Source: a virus (taxonomy: Duplodnaviria; Caudoviricetes). From it: a stretch of DNA of 52,411 nucleotides. The position numbers and the translations under genes were made by a program. Position 1 is the stretch's first letter. Every line of letters begins with the position of its first letter. The stretch covers positions 1-52,411 of the IMG/VR virus record IMGVR_UViG_3300037751_000149; one strand, 5' to 3'. Under the pieces are notes generated by a model. That model was not told the origin of the DNA. It ran no database searches and saw only the letters and a list, made by a program, of their open reading frames with translations. This document shows, piece by piece, positions 36,802 to 46,176 of the stretch.

Positions 36802-37746
36802 TCAGGCCGGGGCGGAAACAGCGGTAAACCGGCTGTGCGCCTTCCGATGCTTGCAACAAAGCTGGCCGATCCAGCGGATATTCGCGGTCCAGATGTCCGG
36901 CTGCCGGCGGTCTGCCTCCCACTTGGGAGTCGTGAAATCGAACTCGGAGTGGGAAACAAACTCCATCAGCCGGGTGTTCACCGCGTCCACATACCCGGCG
37001 GTCTGGTTCAGGTCGGCAACAACCGGGGCGCCATCAAACAGGATGTTCTGGAAACCCTTGGCGGCCAGAGCGGAATCCTGATACCGAACCTGGGCCTGGA
37101 GGGAGTTGGTGAAAGCGTCCCGCAGGGCTACGGTGGTCATGTAAAGATCCGGCTGACCCTCGGTGGTGGTGTCAACGATTGCAGGAAGGCGGATAGCCTG
37201 GAACCCGGCAAAGTTGGCGGAGGTGGCCGAAGACGAGTTGTTCGCCTTCCACACCGGGACAGCGGCCTCGGTGATGCCGCCATATGCGGTAGAGGTGTTG
37301 GTATCGAACAGCGCGGCCAACCCGGAGAAGCCCTGGATGCCGTCAGTGACATCGTTCAGATAGACCCCAGTGCCCATCTTTTTTTTGAGGGTCTTCTGCA
37401 TGTTGCCGAACTTGGAAGCGACCAAATTCACAATGGCAGCCTCGCCGTTGTTCTGCACCCGGTCGTCAAGGTCAACGGTCTGGGCGGCGAAATACCCGCC
37501 CCACTCAAACTCGGCCTTGTTGTGGGTCTCGGTCTTCGTCACCGGGATAATGGTGGAGTTGCCGTACAACCCGGAATTGGCCTCGCCATGCTCCAGGGGC
37601 ACGTCAATTTTTTTGCCGCCAGGCACCTTCCGCTTGGTGGCCATCAGCTTCATCAACAGCACGTTGCTGGTGAAAAGTACATCGGTAGGCTGGCCCAAAA
37701 CATAGGTGTTGGTCAGCGCGTTCAACTCGTCAATCGTAAAGCTCAT
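36802..37746 (-). CDS. major capsid protein
   Basis: position after scaffold; GGKKIDVPL, FSGLAAL, YGGI, GFQNILFDGAPVVAD. Confidence 0.85.
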   Translation of the reverse strand: MSFTIDELNALTNTYVLGQPTDVLFTSNVLLMKLMATKRKVPGGKKIDVPLEHGEANSGLYGNSTIIPVTKTETHNKAEFEWGGYFAAQTVDLDDRVQNNGEAAIVNLVASKFGNMQKTLKKKMGTGVYLNDVTDGIQGFSGLAALFDTNTSTAYGGITEAAVPVWKANNSSSATSANFAGFQAIRLPAIVDTTTEGQPDLYMTTVALRDAFTNSLQAQVRYQDSALAAKGFQNILFDGAPVVADLNQTAGYVDAVNTRLMEFVSHSEFDFTTPKWEADRRQPDIWTANIRWIGQLCCKHRKAHSRFTAVSAPA

Positions 37747-37758
37747 GGTGTTTCCTCG

Positions 37759-38529
37759 TTATGGTGTGGCGCTTCGCATGTCTCGCAGTGTGGAGAGCAT
37801 TGCATCCTGCGCCTCTTGCGATGATTTAAAAGGCTTGGGTGTGGTAACTGCCACCCTTGCCGCCGAACCGCTCTTGCCAAGGACTTTCCCGGCTGCCTCC
37901 GCCCCTTGTGCGAGCTTTGCGCCTTCTTCCTTGGCCGCGGCTATTTTCCCCTGGTACTCAGCGTCCAGGGCCTTGATTTTTTCGTCTGCCTTGTACTGCT
38001 TGAAGGCGACATACTCATCAGCCAGAGGGTCGGCTTCCATGTACGGAGTGAGTGCCCCGTTTGCGCGAAGCCCTTCAAAATCGGGATTGTCCTTCAAAAA
38101 CTTCTGCTGGATGGTCCCGATGCGATCCTGCTCCTTCTGCTGGTTGAACTTGTTCATTGCGCTGCGCTCACCCATCTGGGCGGAAAGTTGGGCGATTTGC
38201 CGGTTTCCATCCTTCAGCCCGATTTCGCCAAGCTCCATCTTGTCGCTGATCTCGTCGATCTGGTCCTCGATGGAGGGGCCTTTCGGTTGCGCTTGCTGCA
38301 AGCCTTCAAGCTGTTTTCTCAGAGACCCCACCTCTGACGATTGCTTGCCGATCATACTCTTTGAGTCGTTGAGCATCTTTTCGAGCTGCGCGATTTTCGC
38401 AGCATCCGGGGATTCCGCCGGCTTGTCCTCTGGCTTATTTTCCACAGGGGCCGTTTCTACTGGTGCTTCTTCCGTATTGTCCGCAACCATGGGGTTGACG
38501 GGTACGCTTCCAACAGGTTCCTTTTCCAT
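37759..38529 (-). CDS. capsid scaffolding protein
   Basis: acidic coiled coil with IGKQSSEVGSLRK, upstream of MCP. Confidence 0.8.
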   Translation of the reverse strand: MEKEPVGSVPVNPMVADNTEEAPVETAPVENKPEDKPAESPDAAKIAQLEKMLNDSKSMIGKQSSEVGSLRKQLEGLQQAQPKGPSIEDQIDEISDKMELGEIGLKDGNRQIAQLSAQMGERSAMNKFNQQKEQDRIGTIQQKFLKDNPDFEGLRANGALTPYMEADPLADEYVAFKQYKADEKIKALDAEYQGKIAAAKEEGAKLAQGAEAAGKVLGKSGSAARVAVTTPKPFKSSQEAQDAMLSTLRDMRSATP

Positions 38530-38589
38530 CTTCCTTCTCCTTGGGGGCCTCGCTGGGTTGTCCCCGTCTTTGGTGCTACCCTCTTGTGC

Positions 38590-38683
38590 AAAAAAAATGG
38601 CCCAAACTCAGGCGCATTGCCTGGGTCGGGGCCATCTATTACCGGAATGATCCGGGGGAGGGTTGCCGAAATGCCGGTTGCCC
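38590..38683 (-). promoter_or_regulatory. CGGCAAC-box plus terminator element, divergent copy before scaffold/capsid genes
   Basis: GGGCAACC, CGGCAACC, CGGTAAT boxes, stem ATGGCCC/GGGCCAT, T-run. Confidence 0.7.
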
Positions 38684-38693
38684 GGCTATGTCA

Positions 38694-38966
38694 CTACCTG
38701 CCTAGTTCTTCGATTCCTTTTGCTTTCAGATACTTCTTGTACTCGCCCCTGGTCTCGATGGGCCGCTCACCTTTTGGCTGGAGACATCCCAACGCCTCCG
38801 GGTGCCGCAGATACAAGGGAAGCTCGTCGCCCTGAATCCCGCCGATGGAGAGCTGCTTTGTTGCTGTCCCTCCGCACTTGCAGGGCACCGTGTCGGGCTT
38901 GTCTGCTACACGAAAGAACCGCTCTTGCTTCTCTCCGCACGGGCAGAGGTAATCATACGCTGGCAT
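38694..38966 (-). CDS. FmdB-like zinc ribbon protein
   Basis: MPAYDYLCPCG...CKCGGTATKQLS. Confidence 0.8.
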   Translation of the reverse strand: MPAYDYLCPCGEKQERFFRVADKPDTVPCKCGGTATKQLSIGGIQGDELPLYLRHPEALGCLQPKGERPIETRGEYKKYLKAKGIEELGR

Positions 38967-39547
38967 TACGAGATTACCGCCCCGCTGATCCCAATGACGG
39001 ACCACTTGGCGCCAACTGCCGCCAGGATGATGCAGTCGCCAACCGCATCAAAGGTACAGGTCGTTCCCGCGCTGGCTCCGGCAACATTATTGACGTTGGT
39101 AAGCGCCATGGTCACATCCCCGCCATCAACAGTCATGGTAATGGTTTTGATTTTCCCCTTCATCACGGCAGAGGGAGCGGCAAGGGTAACAGCCGCAGCC
39201 CCGCCAACCGTGTTGTCGATATCGGTGTGGGGGATAGCGTTTGATACGGCATCCCCGGAGTCAATGGTTTCCATATGAGCGGCAACCGTGTCATAGTCGG
39301 CGATCTCTGCCGCCACATAGGTTATCACCGCTTTCTGACTCGGCACAACGATGTCGCTGTCCGCAGCCATGGTCCCATCGGTATCAATGGTGGCGTCACC
39401 CGCCCTTGAGTCAGCGTATGCCTTCACCGCCTTCTGGGTGGGTACAGCCCCATCGGTGTCCCCGGCAAGCGTTACATCTGTGTCCAGGGCTACCGTCGCC
39501 TTATTCCCTCCAACCAAAACCAACCGATTTTCCTTTCCCATACTCAT
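38966..39547 (-). CDS. putative head decoration protein with two internal repeats
   Basis: DTDVTLAGDTDGAVPTQKAVKAY / DTDGTMAADSDIVVPSQKAVITY. Confidence 0.65.
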   Translation of the reverse strand: MSMGKENRLVLVGGNKATVALDTDVTLAGDTDGAVPTQKAVKAYADSRAGDATIDTDGTMAADSDIVVPSQKAVITYVAAEIADYDTVAAHMETIDSGDAVSNAIPHTDIDNTVGGAAAVTLAAPSAVMKGKIKTITMTVDGGDVTMALTNVNNVAGASAGTTCTFDAVGDCIILAAVGAKWSVIGISGAVIS

Positions 39548-39595
39548 GCTCCTCTCTGGTTATTCCCGGACACAACCGGGTGGTTAAAAAACTGT

Positions 39596-41539
39596 TTATG
39601 CTGCCACTGCCACAGGTGGGGGAGCTGTTGCTTCTGCCACTGTGGCACCGACTCCGGGGCCACCTTGCGCCTGTTTGGCGAATGCGATTAGTGTTGAGAT
39701 CGTACCTTGGTCCACCCCGGCCTGAATGAACACCTGTGCGGCCTGCTCCAGTGCCGAGCCAGACTCGGCCATCCGCTCCACGATTCTCCGATAATTCGGG
39801 AACTGGAGTGTTTCAAGCAATGCCTCGGTGTCTATCCTGCCCATCTTCGCAAGGTCGATGGCCATTTCCTTGATCTGTAGGCTGGTTTGCGGAACAGTCG
39901 AACCGGACTCAACAACGAACTGGAATTTGCGCCCGATCAGATCCACTCCCTTTATCCCCTTCACATCATCGTCCACCTTGACCTGTTCGGTGGATACGCC
40001 AAAATTCTGGAAGAAGCTGATCGCCGCCCGGCCACGCTGCCGAATGAGATAGTCAACTGATCTGATCTTGTGCCGCATCAGTACGGCGTTTCTTTCTTGT
40101 AGAGCCACGATGGCCGAGGCCGCGACAATCCGGTTCGGGGTATCGCCGCGGTCTGCATCTTCGATCTGGTACACCCGGTCGAACATCCCCAGGAGCATAT
40201 TGTAGAGCCGCGAGGTGTCTGCCGGCAGGCTCGGCACATCCACAAACCTTATCCCAGCCCCGGCTGTCCCGGTCGTGGGGGTTAAAATCAACCCAGGGTT
40301 GTTGTTGACATGCGCCACCGTCAGCCCCGTATCCATCGGCAGAACCAAGGGGGGCAGCATTACCCGCGCCAGATAGCGGTACATCCGGCTCAACAACTCG
40401 CCGACCTTCTCTGCCAGATCGCCCACCTGCTCCGCTGCGGCAAAGCCCCAGATGGAGGTCGTGTCTTTATAGCTGACCGCCTTCCAAAACGGGAAGTGGT
40501 CATAGAGGTAGGTGTTCGCCTGGGCCTCACGCGGGATGGCCGGGTTTACGTTGGGGTTGGGCCGATCCAGCAGGACAAGCCCGCCCTGGTTTGTAAGGGT
40601 GACAACCCGAATACCACCTGGGTATTTCAGGGCCTCTCCCACCTTCTTTTTCTTTAAGCTGACCTCTTTGGTCTCGGAATCAAGTGTCGCCACCTCTTCA
40701 TACACCGGCTCCTTGGCGTAATCCCTTACCCACAACTCCACCGTCAGCGCCCGATCATACGCCCCGTGGGTCTGCTGGCGGAGATCCATCGACTTGTCAC
40801 CGCCGTAGTTCGAGGGGGCCGCTGAAGCGCCCGGCTTCATCCCGTACAGCGTTGGCCGGTTATCTTCCCGCTCTTCGCCCATGAGCGAATACACATCGTC
40901 CGCGCTGACCGTCCCCTCTTCCAGGTCGAACATGGCCTCTATGGCATCTGTCCGCTCTGGGTATGCCTGCCCGACATACGGGGCATCGTTGAGCTCTTCG
41001 TAGTATCCAGGGGCGATTACCACGGCGTATGGGTCAACCACCACCACATCGCCGCGCATGTTTTTGAGGTTATAAATCGCCTTTTCCGTGGTGCAACCGT
41101 AGATCTCCATGTTGAGTGTCGAGTCAACCAGAGAGTTGTTCTGCTCAGACTCGTTCCACCACCCTTTGAGCTTTGCCGTCATCTTGGCATCGGCGTCGTC
41201 CTTGAGCGGCTGGCCTTTTGCGTCAACCAGCACATTCCCCTGCTCGTCCGTCTGGTAACCCCCATCCAGGGAGATCACTTCCGCCACCGGGTTCTTGGCG
41301 GTCAGGTTGGCCACCGTGCGGTTGATGTTGGAGAAGACCAAATTTGCCGTTACCGCATGTTTGCTGCCCATCTTGCGGGACGTGGACCCACCCCGCCACA
41401 TCCGATGATTTTCAAGCCATCGATCAGAAAGCCCAAGCCGTTCTTTCTCCGCCTGAGACGCGACAAACAGATCCCAAAAGAATTTGCCAACCTCCGCATT
41501 TCCTTCCGGGGGCAGATTTGACAGGCTCCACTTTTTCAT
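39596..41539 (-). CDS. portal protein
   Basis: 647 aa between terminase and scaffold; NLVFSNI, AASAIVALQE, VESGSTVP. Confidence 0.85.
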   Translation of the reverse strand: MKKWSLSNLPPEGNAEVGKFFWDLFVASQAEKERLGLSDRWLENHRMWRGGSTSRKMGSKHAVTANLVFSNINRTVANLTAKNPVAEVISLDGGYQTDEQGNVLVDAKGQPLKDDADAKMTAKLKGWWNESEQNNSLVDSTLNMEIYGCTTEKAIYNLKNMRGDVVVVDPYAVVIAPGYYEELNDAPYVGQAYPERTDAIEAMFDLEEGTVSADDVYSLMGEEREDNRPTLYGMKPGASAAPSNYGGDKSMDLRQQTHGAYDRALTVELWVRDYAKEPVYEEVATLDSETKEVSLKKKKVGEALKYPGGIRVVTLTNQGGLVLLDRPNPNVNPAIPREAQANTYLYDHFPFWKAVSYKDTTSIWGFAAAEQVGDLAEKVGELLSRMYRYLARVMLPPLVLPMDTGLTVAHVNNNPGLILTPTTGTAGAGIRFVDVPSLPADTSRLYNMLLGMFDRVYQIEDADRGDTPNRIVAASAIVALQERNAVLMRHKIRSVDYLIRQRGRAAISFFQNFGVSTEQVKVDDDVKGIKGVDLIGRKFQFVVESGSTVPQTSLQIKEMAIDLAKMGRIDTEALLETLQFPNYRRIVERMAESGSALEQAAQVFIQAGVDQGTISTLIAFAKQAQGGPGVGATVAEATAPPPVAVAA

Positions 41540-42036
41540 TTACGAATCCCCATGGCCTTGAGCCGGTTGACAACGTGCATGTAGTGGCCAAGCCCGAGAG
41601 CTGCCGCAATCTCGCCCGGCTTCTTGCCTTGCTCTTTCATCGCCCTGATCTGCTCGTCAATATCTTGGGAGCCCACAGTTACAACGTGGTTACTTGTGGG
41701 CACAGGTGGCTCTGGGTTATATTCTGCAAAGAGGCGGTCCATTTCTGTCTGCTGCTCTCGACAGGCATGTGTTCCGTCCTCTGCGATTTTCCCGCATATT
41801 GCGCACACGTCCTCTCCCAGCCTCACTCTACCCCCAACACAATAAGGCGCTCCACACTGAGGGCACTCCAGATCTCCATCCGTCATCCCGGCGTGTTCGG
41901 GAAATGAACTCCACCCGTGCCCCTGGTAGAGCGGCTTGAGCCGAAACATCGAGCCGTTGGCCATAGCCAGGCCGTCAAACTTCTCGGTGGTCTCATGGTA
42001 ACGGCCTCCACACCCACGGCAGATTACATCAGCCAT
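41536..42036 (-). CDS. zinc-finger/HTH hypothetical protein
   Basis: three CxxC motifs and C-terminal GKKPGEIAAALG. Confidence 0.7.
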   Translation of the reverse strand: MADVICRGCGGRYHETTEKFDGLAMANGSMFRLKPLYQGHGWSSFPEHAGMTDGDLECPQCGAPYCVGGRVRLGEDVCAICGKIAEDGTHACREQQTEMDRLFAEYNPEPPVPTSNHVVTVGSQDIDEQIRAMKEQGKKPGEIAAALGLGHYMHVVNRLKAMGIRK

Positions 42037-42325
42037 TTTTCTCCCCCTTCAACTCGCTGACCCCGAATTGCGCCCCAAACACCTTATTCTGGATGGATAA
42101 TGCGCTTGGCATCACGTCCTCCTCTTCCGGGGCTGCAAACTCGTCTATATTCACCGGCCCCTTGCGCTGGACCCTCTTTGCCGGAAACAACCGCTCATGC
42201 GCCTCTTTGCGTGTGCGGAACACCAGCCAGCCGGTCACAGCAGCCGAAAGGATAGTCATGCCGCTTGAAAGCAGGCATCCGGCCAGCACCAGCCACAACA
42301 GGTCAACAACGGAAACGGTGAGCAT
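42029..42325 (-). CDS. hypothetical membrane protein
   Basis: long hydrophobic N-terminus. Confidence 0.6.
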   Translation of the reverse strand: MLTVSVVDLLWLVLAGCLLSSGMTILSAAVTGWLVFRTRKEAHERLFPAKRVQRKGPVNIDEFAAPEEEDVMPSALSIQNKVFGAQFGVSELKGEKNG

Positions 42326-42327
42326 CT

Positions 42328-43896
42328 TTAAAAATCCTTGTTTATGGCCCGGCCAGGCCCTTTATCTCCAACCACCTTCTGCCAGTCCTCTTGGGCTAAA
42401 GACTCCGGGATCATCGGCTTCACCTTCACCACAGCGGGGTGCGCTGATTGGATCGCCCGGCCAATGATCGCCCCGTTGTCAATCTCCTCGTCGTGGGCGC
42501 CCGCGGGGAACTTGACATACTCATCAAGGATTGCGTCACCCTCTGGCGTGTCCGGTAGCCATACCCGGCCCATCGCCGCCATGCCTTGAAAACTCTGCGC
42601 CTTTGCCGCCTTATCCCCACCGTGCGGCGACATGGGGCACACCTGGACAAAGGCCCGCTCATCGAACATCCGCTGCTTAATAAACGGGGCGGCGGACTTG
42701 TAATTGTTGTCGTCCTCGGGAAACCACGCGAATGGCTTCCATTTTTTCACCAACCCTATAACCCGATCAGCGGTGACATCCATCGTCTCCCTGTGGCGGA
42801 AACCGTCAATCAAATAAAGATCCCCAACGGTGTCCACCCCCCACACCCGAGCAACAGACGGATCGCTCGTCGAGTTGTCTGTCGGGGCATGGTCAGAGGT
42901 AAGGTAGCAGTTCAAATTGGCCGGCAGCTCCCGATATCTCTTAAACCACTCCCGCCTCAAAAAAGTCCCGGTTTCGGCAGCGGGCCGCTGTTGAAACAAC
43001 GCGCTCCAGGTCCGGGGCACCGACTTGAATCCGTTGAAATGCTCCTCGGTGAACCACTCGGGCCAGAGGTATTCACCAGGCTTTCGGCCAAGCGGGTCAG
43101 CGGGGAACTCCTCCATATGTTGTGCCGGAAGGCAGACCACATACCACTCTCGCCCATCCCGGCACTGAATCATGCCGGTTTCGCCATTGTAATTTTCCGG
43201 AAGGATGCGACCGGCCAGATCATTTTCCGACCATCGCGTTTGAACCAGAAGCTCCCATCCTCCAGGGATCAACCTAGTTCTGATGTCGTCCTGATATGCC
43301 TCCCAGGTCTTATTGCAAATTGTTTCCGAGTCGGCTTGTTCGCGCCCCTTTATCGGGTCGTCAATAATGATTCCGTGAGCCCTATTACCTGTGATCCCAG
43401 AGAGAATCCCGCCAGCCATATACTCAGACCCGTTTCCAAGAGCCCACTCGTCGGCTGCCGCGGTGTCTGAAGATATTTTTGTATCGAAAATTGCAGTATA
43501 TTTTGGGCTTCGGACGATCTGTCTGGCTTTCCGTCCATGTTTTTTTGCCAGATCGGAGCCATACGAGGTGAGAATTATTTTTGTCCCTGGCAACTTGCCC
43601 ATCGCCCAGGTTGGCGCAACCACCGACGCCATCGAGCTTTTTGCTGAGCCTGGTGGCATGAACAGCATGGCTCGTGGCAACTCTCTTAATATAACGCGCT
43701 CGATCACTTGCAGCATCAGGCAATGGTGGGCTGCCAATCCCGTTTCAACCGGTTCAAAAACCCACTCGTCTTCATTCTCCGATACCGGCTTGCCGGGAAT
43801 ATCTATGGCCTTCGCGTAATCTAGCAGGCTTTCCGCCGCACGTTTGCGCCTGAGTAGTTCCGCTGCCGCCTGTTGTTGTGTGATGCTACCTGCCAC
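42328..43896 (-). CDS. terL: terminase large subunit
   Basis: MPPGSAKS Walker A, IIIDDPIK Walker B, QTRW, FQQRP, FPAGAHDE. Confidence 0.93.
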   Translation of the reverse strand: MAGSITQQQAAAELLRRKRAAESLLDYAKAIDIPGKPVSENEDEWVFEPVETGLAAHHCLMLQVIERVILRELPRAMLFMPPGSAKSSMASVVAPTWAMGKLPGTKIILTSYGSDLAKKHGRKARQIVRSPKYTAIFDTKISSDTAAADEWALGNGSEYMAGGILSGITGNRAHGIIIDDPIKGREQADSETICNKTWEAYQDDIRTRLIPGGWELLVQTRWSENDLAGRILPENYNGETGMIQCRDGREWYVVCLPAQHMEEFPADPLGRKPGEYLWPEWFTEEHFNGFKSVPRTWSALFQQRPAAETGTFLRREWFKRYRELPANLNCYLTSDHAPTDNSTSDPSVARVWGVDTVGDLYLIDGFRHRETMDVTADRVIGLVKKWKPFAWFPEDDNNYKSAAPFIKQRMFDERAFVQVCPMSPHGGDKAAKAQSFQGMAAMGRVWLPDTPEGDAILDEYVKFPAGAHDEEIDNGAIIGRAIQSAHPAVVKVKPMIPESLAQEDWQKVVGDKGPGRAINKDF

Positions 43897-44365
43897 GGGC
43901 GATCAGCTCCAGCTCAGAGGTTGACATGGTGAGAATGTTCACTGTGGTTGCCGGGCCACCCGGGGCCTCTGCCTTGCCAAGCACAACCTCTCTCCCCCTG
44001 CTTATCGTGTCCGCCCGGTGCTTAAAGTCGATCTGACCTACACACGGCTCTTTCATTGCTGCCTGCACATTTTTTACAGCCGCCTCATTGAAAAACAGAA
44101 CGTGCTTGGTTCGCTCGTCAACCAGTTCCTCATGCACATCAAGGGCCTGTTCCGTTAGCGTTCCCTTTGCCTCTGCGACCTGCACGGCTGTAGCAATGAG
44201 TTGTTCCTTTTCTGTTCCCTTTGCCCACCCGTCAAGATTCGCCCTCTTGCTCAACTGCGTCTTGCTTATTCCCGTCTTGTCGGTGATCTTTGAGAGCGAT
44301 AAGCCAGCCTCAAAATACTCTCTGGCCCTCCCCCACTGTTCAGGTGTGGTTTTGATATTCGCCAT
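43886..44365 (-). CDS. terS: terminase small subunit (putative)
   Basis: N-terminal HTH (W...EYFEAGLSLSKI...KRA...GW), directly upstream of terL. Confidence 0.75.
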   Translation of the reverse strand: MANIKTTPEQWGRAREYFEAGLSLSKITDKTGISKTQLSKRANLDGWAKGTEKEQLIATAVQVAEAKGTLTEQALDVHEELVDERTKHVLFFNEAAVKNVQAAMKEPCVGQIDFKHRADTISRGREVVLGKAEAPGGPATTVNILTMSTSELELIARGR

Positions 44366-44368
44366 ACT

Positions 44369-44479
44369 CTATCTGCTGCCCCTGCACCCTTTGCACTTCG
44401 GGTATCCTCGCTCCATCAACTCAAGGCATGTCTCCGGGTATATCGCGCCCGCTTGGTATGGACACTTTTTCTCAGGCAT
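44369..44479 (-). CDS. 36-aa Cys-rich ORF (not in ORF track)
   Basis: MPEKKCPY...TC...CKGC; GGAG SD; fills gap. Confidence 0.5.
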   Translation of the reverse strand: MPEKKCPYQAGAIYPETCLELMERGYPKCKGCRGSR

Positions 44480-44912
44480 CTCCACTCACCTCGACAACCC
44501 CACCTCCCGTATCCGGGTCGAGCAGTATAGCAATCTCCGCCGCTTCCCTCGGGGTCTTCCCGCACAGCATCGCGGCCATGGCAAACTTTTGGCCCGAACC
44601 GATAGCTGCCGGGGAGCCGACCAACACCGGGACGCCATTAACCCCGTACCAGTAGACCTTTCCCTCAAAAACAACCAGGGCGTCGAAGTCTTTATATTCG
44701 TGTCCATACTTCAGGCGTGGCATGGGCCGTTGCGCTGACAGCTCCTTCATCATCAACATGAAATCAGCAGCGTCTTCCGCGCACCCTGCCGCACCGAACA
44801 ATATGCCGAGGCTATTCCGGCCAACCTTCACGGCGTTGATGCGGTCGATATAACCGCCGGACATCTGGGTGTCAGCGGCCATGGTCTTGCCGTCTGTTGC
44901 GATAGTGGTCAT
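44472..44912 (-). CDS. HslV/proteasome-beta-like Ntn peptidase
   Basis: MTTIATDG..MAAD, AIGSG..FAMAAM, DPDTGG. Confidence 0.8.
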   Translation of the reverse strand: MTTIATDGKTMAADTQMSGGYIDRINAVKVGRNSLGILFGAAGCAEDAADFMLMMKELSAQRPMPRLKYGHEYKDFDALVVFEGKVYWYGVNGVPVLVGSPAAIGSGQKFAMAAMLCGKTPREAAEIAILLDPDTGGGVVEVSGDA

Positions 44913-44930
44913 GCTGATTTCCCGCCCCAT

Positions 44931-45015
44931 AAACGAAAAAGCCCGGACCTCCCATGTTCAGGGAAATCCGGGCCAAAAGTTGCCGCCTCGTAATGCAGAC
45001 GGAGAATGGTTGCCG
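44931..45015 (-). promoter_or_regulatory. CGGCAAC double-box plus terminator element, copy at start of late operon
   Basis: CGGCAACCAT (45015-45006), CGGCAACT (44985-44978), stem GCCCGGA/TCCGGGC, TTTTTCGTTT. Confidence 0.8.
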
Positions 45016-45016
45016 A

Positions 45017-45187
45017 CTACAGTTTTATCTTTTCGATGCTCAGTGTTGCGTGGCCGACTGTTCCCTCCGGAGACAGGGGGATACGCACGACCATTTCACA
45101 TTGCTTTTTCTCTGCCATCCTGCGCTGCAACTCAGCAAAGGCAGACATCATTATCTCGTAAGCCTTGTCAGTTGCAGGTTTACTCAT
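45017..45187 (-). CDS. 56-aa probably leaderless protein heading the late operon (not in ORF track)
   Basis: MSKPATDKAYEIMMSAFAELQRRMAEKKQCEMVVRIPLSPEGTVGHATLSIEKIKL; ATG 7 nt after a -10 box, no SD. Confidence 0.6.
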   Translation of the reverse strand: MSKPATDKAYEIMMSAFAELQRRMAEKKQCEMVVRIPLSPEGTVGHATLSIEKIKL

Positions 45188-45193
45188 ATCCAA

Positions 45194-45223
45194 ATATTAC
45201 CATAACTTTGTGCTTGATTGCAA
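45194..45223 (-). promoter_or_regulatory. putative late promoter
   Basis: TTGCAA-N18-TAATAT with extended -10 TG, AT-rich upstream region. Confidence 0.6.
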
Positions 45224-45254
45224 ACAATTTTATGCGGGACGAATATTTTTATTT

Positions 45255-45497
45255 TTAGAACAAGAAAGGGGGCAAATACACCGTATTTGTTGCCTTATCT
45301 ATGCACTGCTGCATCAATGAGGATTTTGCACGCAGTGCCTGATATGCCAGGACCACATAACGGTCCTCTCCAGACAGGCCATGATAATCTGCCAAATCCA
45401 TCGCGGCTCGCACCATTGGGTCAAAGTGCCGAAGCCTGGATATCTCGGCCCTCATTTCCTCTGGTGTTGATGCGTCTTTTGGTTGCTCAATCTGCAT
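45255..45497 (-). CDS. hypothetical protein, last early gene
   Basis: TAATG coupling to resolvase gene. Confidence 0.65.
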   Translation of the reverse strand: MQIEQPKDASTPEEMRAEISRLRHFDPMVRAAMDLADYHGLSGEDRYVVLAYQALRAKSSLMQQCIDKATNTVYLPPFLF

Positions 45498-45952
45498 TAT
45501 TTGCCTCTCCCGTTGAACTCCAAATTAACCATATCCAGCAGCCACACCGCATCTGCATGATTATCATCCTTGGGCGCCACGCCCCACTTCTTCACGAACG
45601 CGGCCACCATCTCATCCTTCCCGGCGTTCCCCTTGCCGGTGGCATGTTTCTTGATCGTGCCGGTATGCCTGGTGGTGTGATTCACCCCGTGCTTTGCACA
45701 AGTGCTCTGCATGTGGGTCGCGAACCCCGCCGCAACTTCCGTTGCCGCGCCGCCCCGGTGGTGGGCCTCCTCTGCGACGATAATATCAGGCCGCGACTTG
45801 GCAATGATCTCCTCCAGCCAAGAGACAAAGCGCAGATAGCGCATCCCTGGGGACTCTCCCCGGCGCAGGCCAAAATTCTCTGTACCGGAGATAGCCGGGT
45901 CGTTCATCGCGTAGCCGGTTTTAGTGGCCAAATCCAATGCAAGTATTCTCAT
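45497..45952 (-). CDS. phage RuvC-like Holliday junction resolvase
   Basis: ILALDLATKTGYA, VAEE, IKKHATGKGNAGK, DDNHADA. Confidence 0.88.
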   Translation of the reverse strand: MRILALDLATKTGYAMNDPAISGTENFGLRRGESPGMRYLRFVSWLEEIIAKSRPDIIVAEEAHHRGGAATEVAAGFATHMQSTCAKHGVNHTTRHTGTIKKHATGKGNAGKDEMVAAFVKKWGVAPKDDNHADAVWLLDMVNLEFNGRGK

Positions 45953-46176
45953 TCCGCCGCCTTCCTTTTCCCGCCCAAGCTCACGCCGTGCGATTTATGC
46001 CCGTTTGTCCCGCTCACCACAGCAAAACACCGGACACAATATTTAAGTGGCACCTTTCCGTTTCCGGTCCACCACATGGCTTTAAAATGCGTTTTCCCGC
46101 ACAGCGGGCACCGGCACAGGACCAGCCGCTCCTCTTCCCTGCTCCTCTTCCCTGGTGGTTCGGTGTCTGACCTCAT
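45949..46176 (-). CDS. small zinc-finger protein
   Basis: CRCPLCG...YCVRC; coupled at both ends. Confidence 0.65.
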   Translation of the reverse strand: MRSDTEPPGKRSREEERLVLCRCPLCGKTHFKAMWWTGNGKVPLKYCVRCFAVVSGTNGHKSHGVSLGGKRKAAE

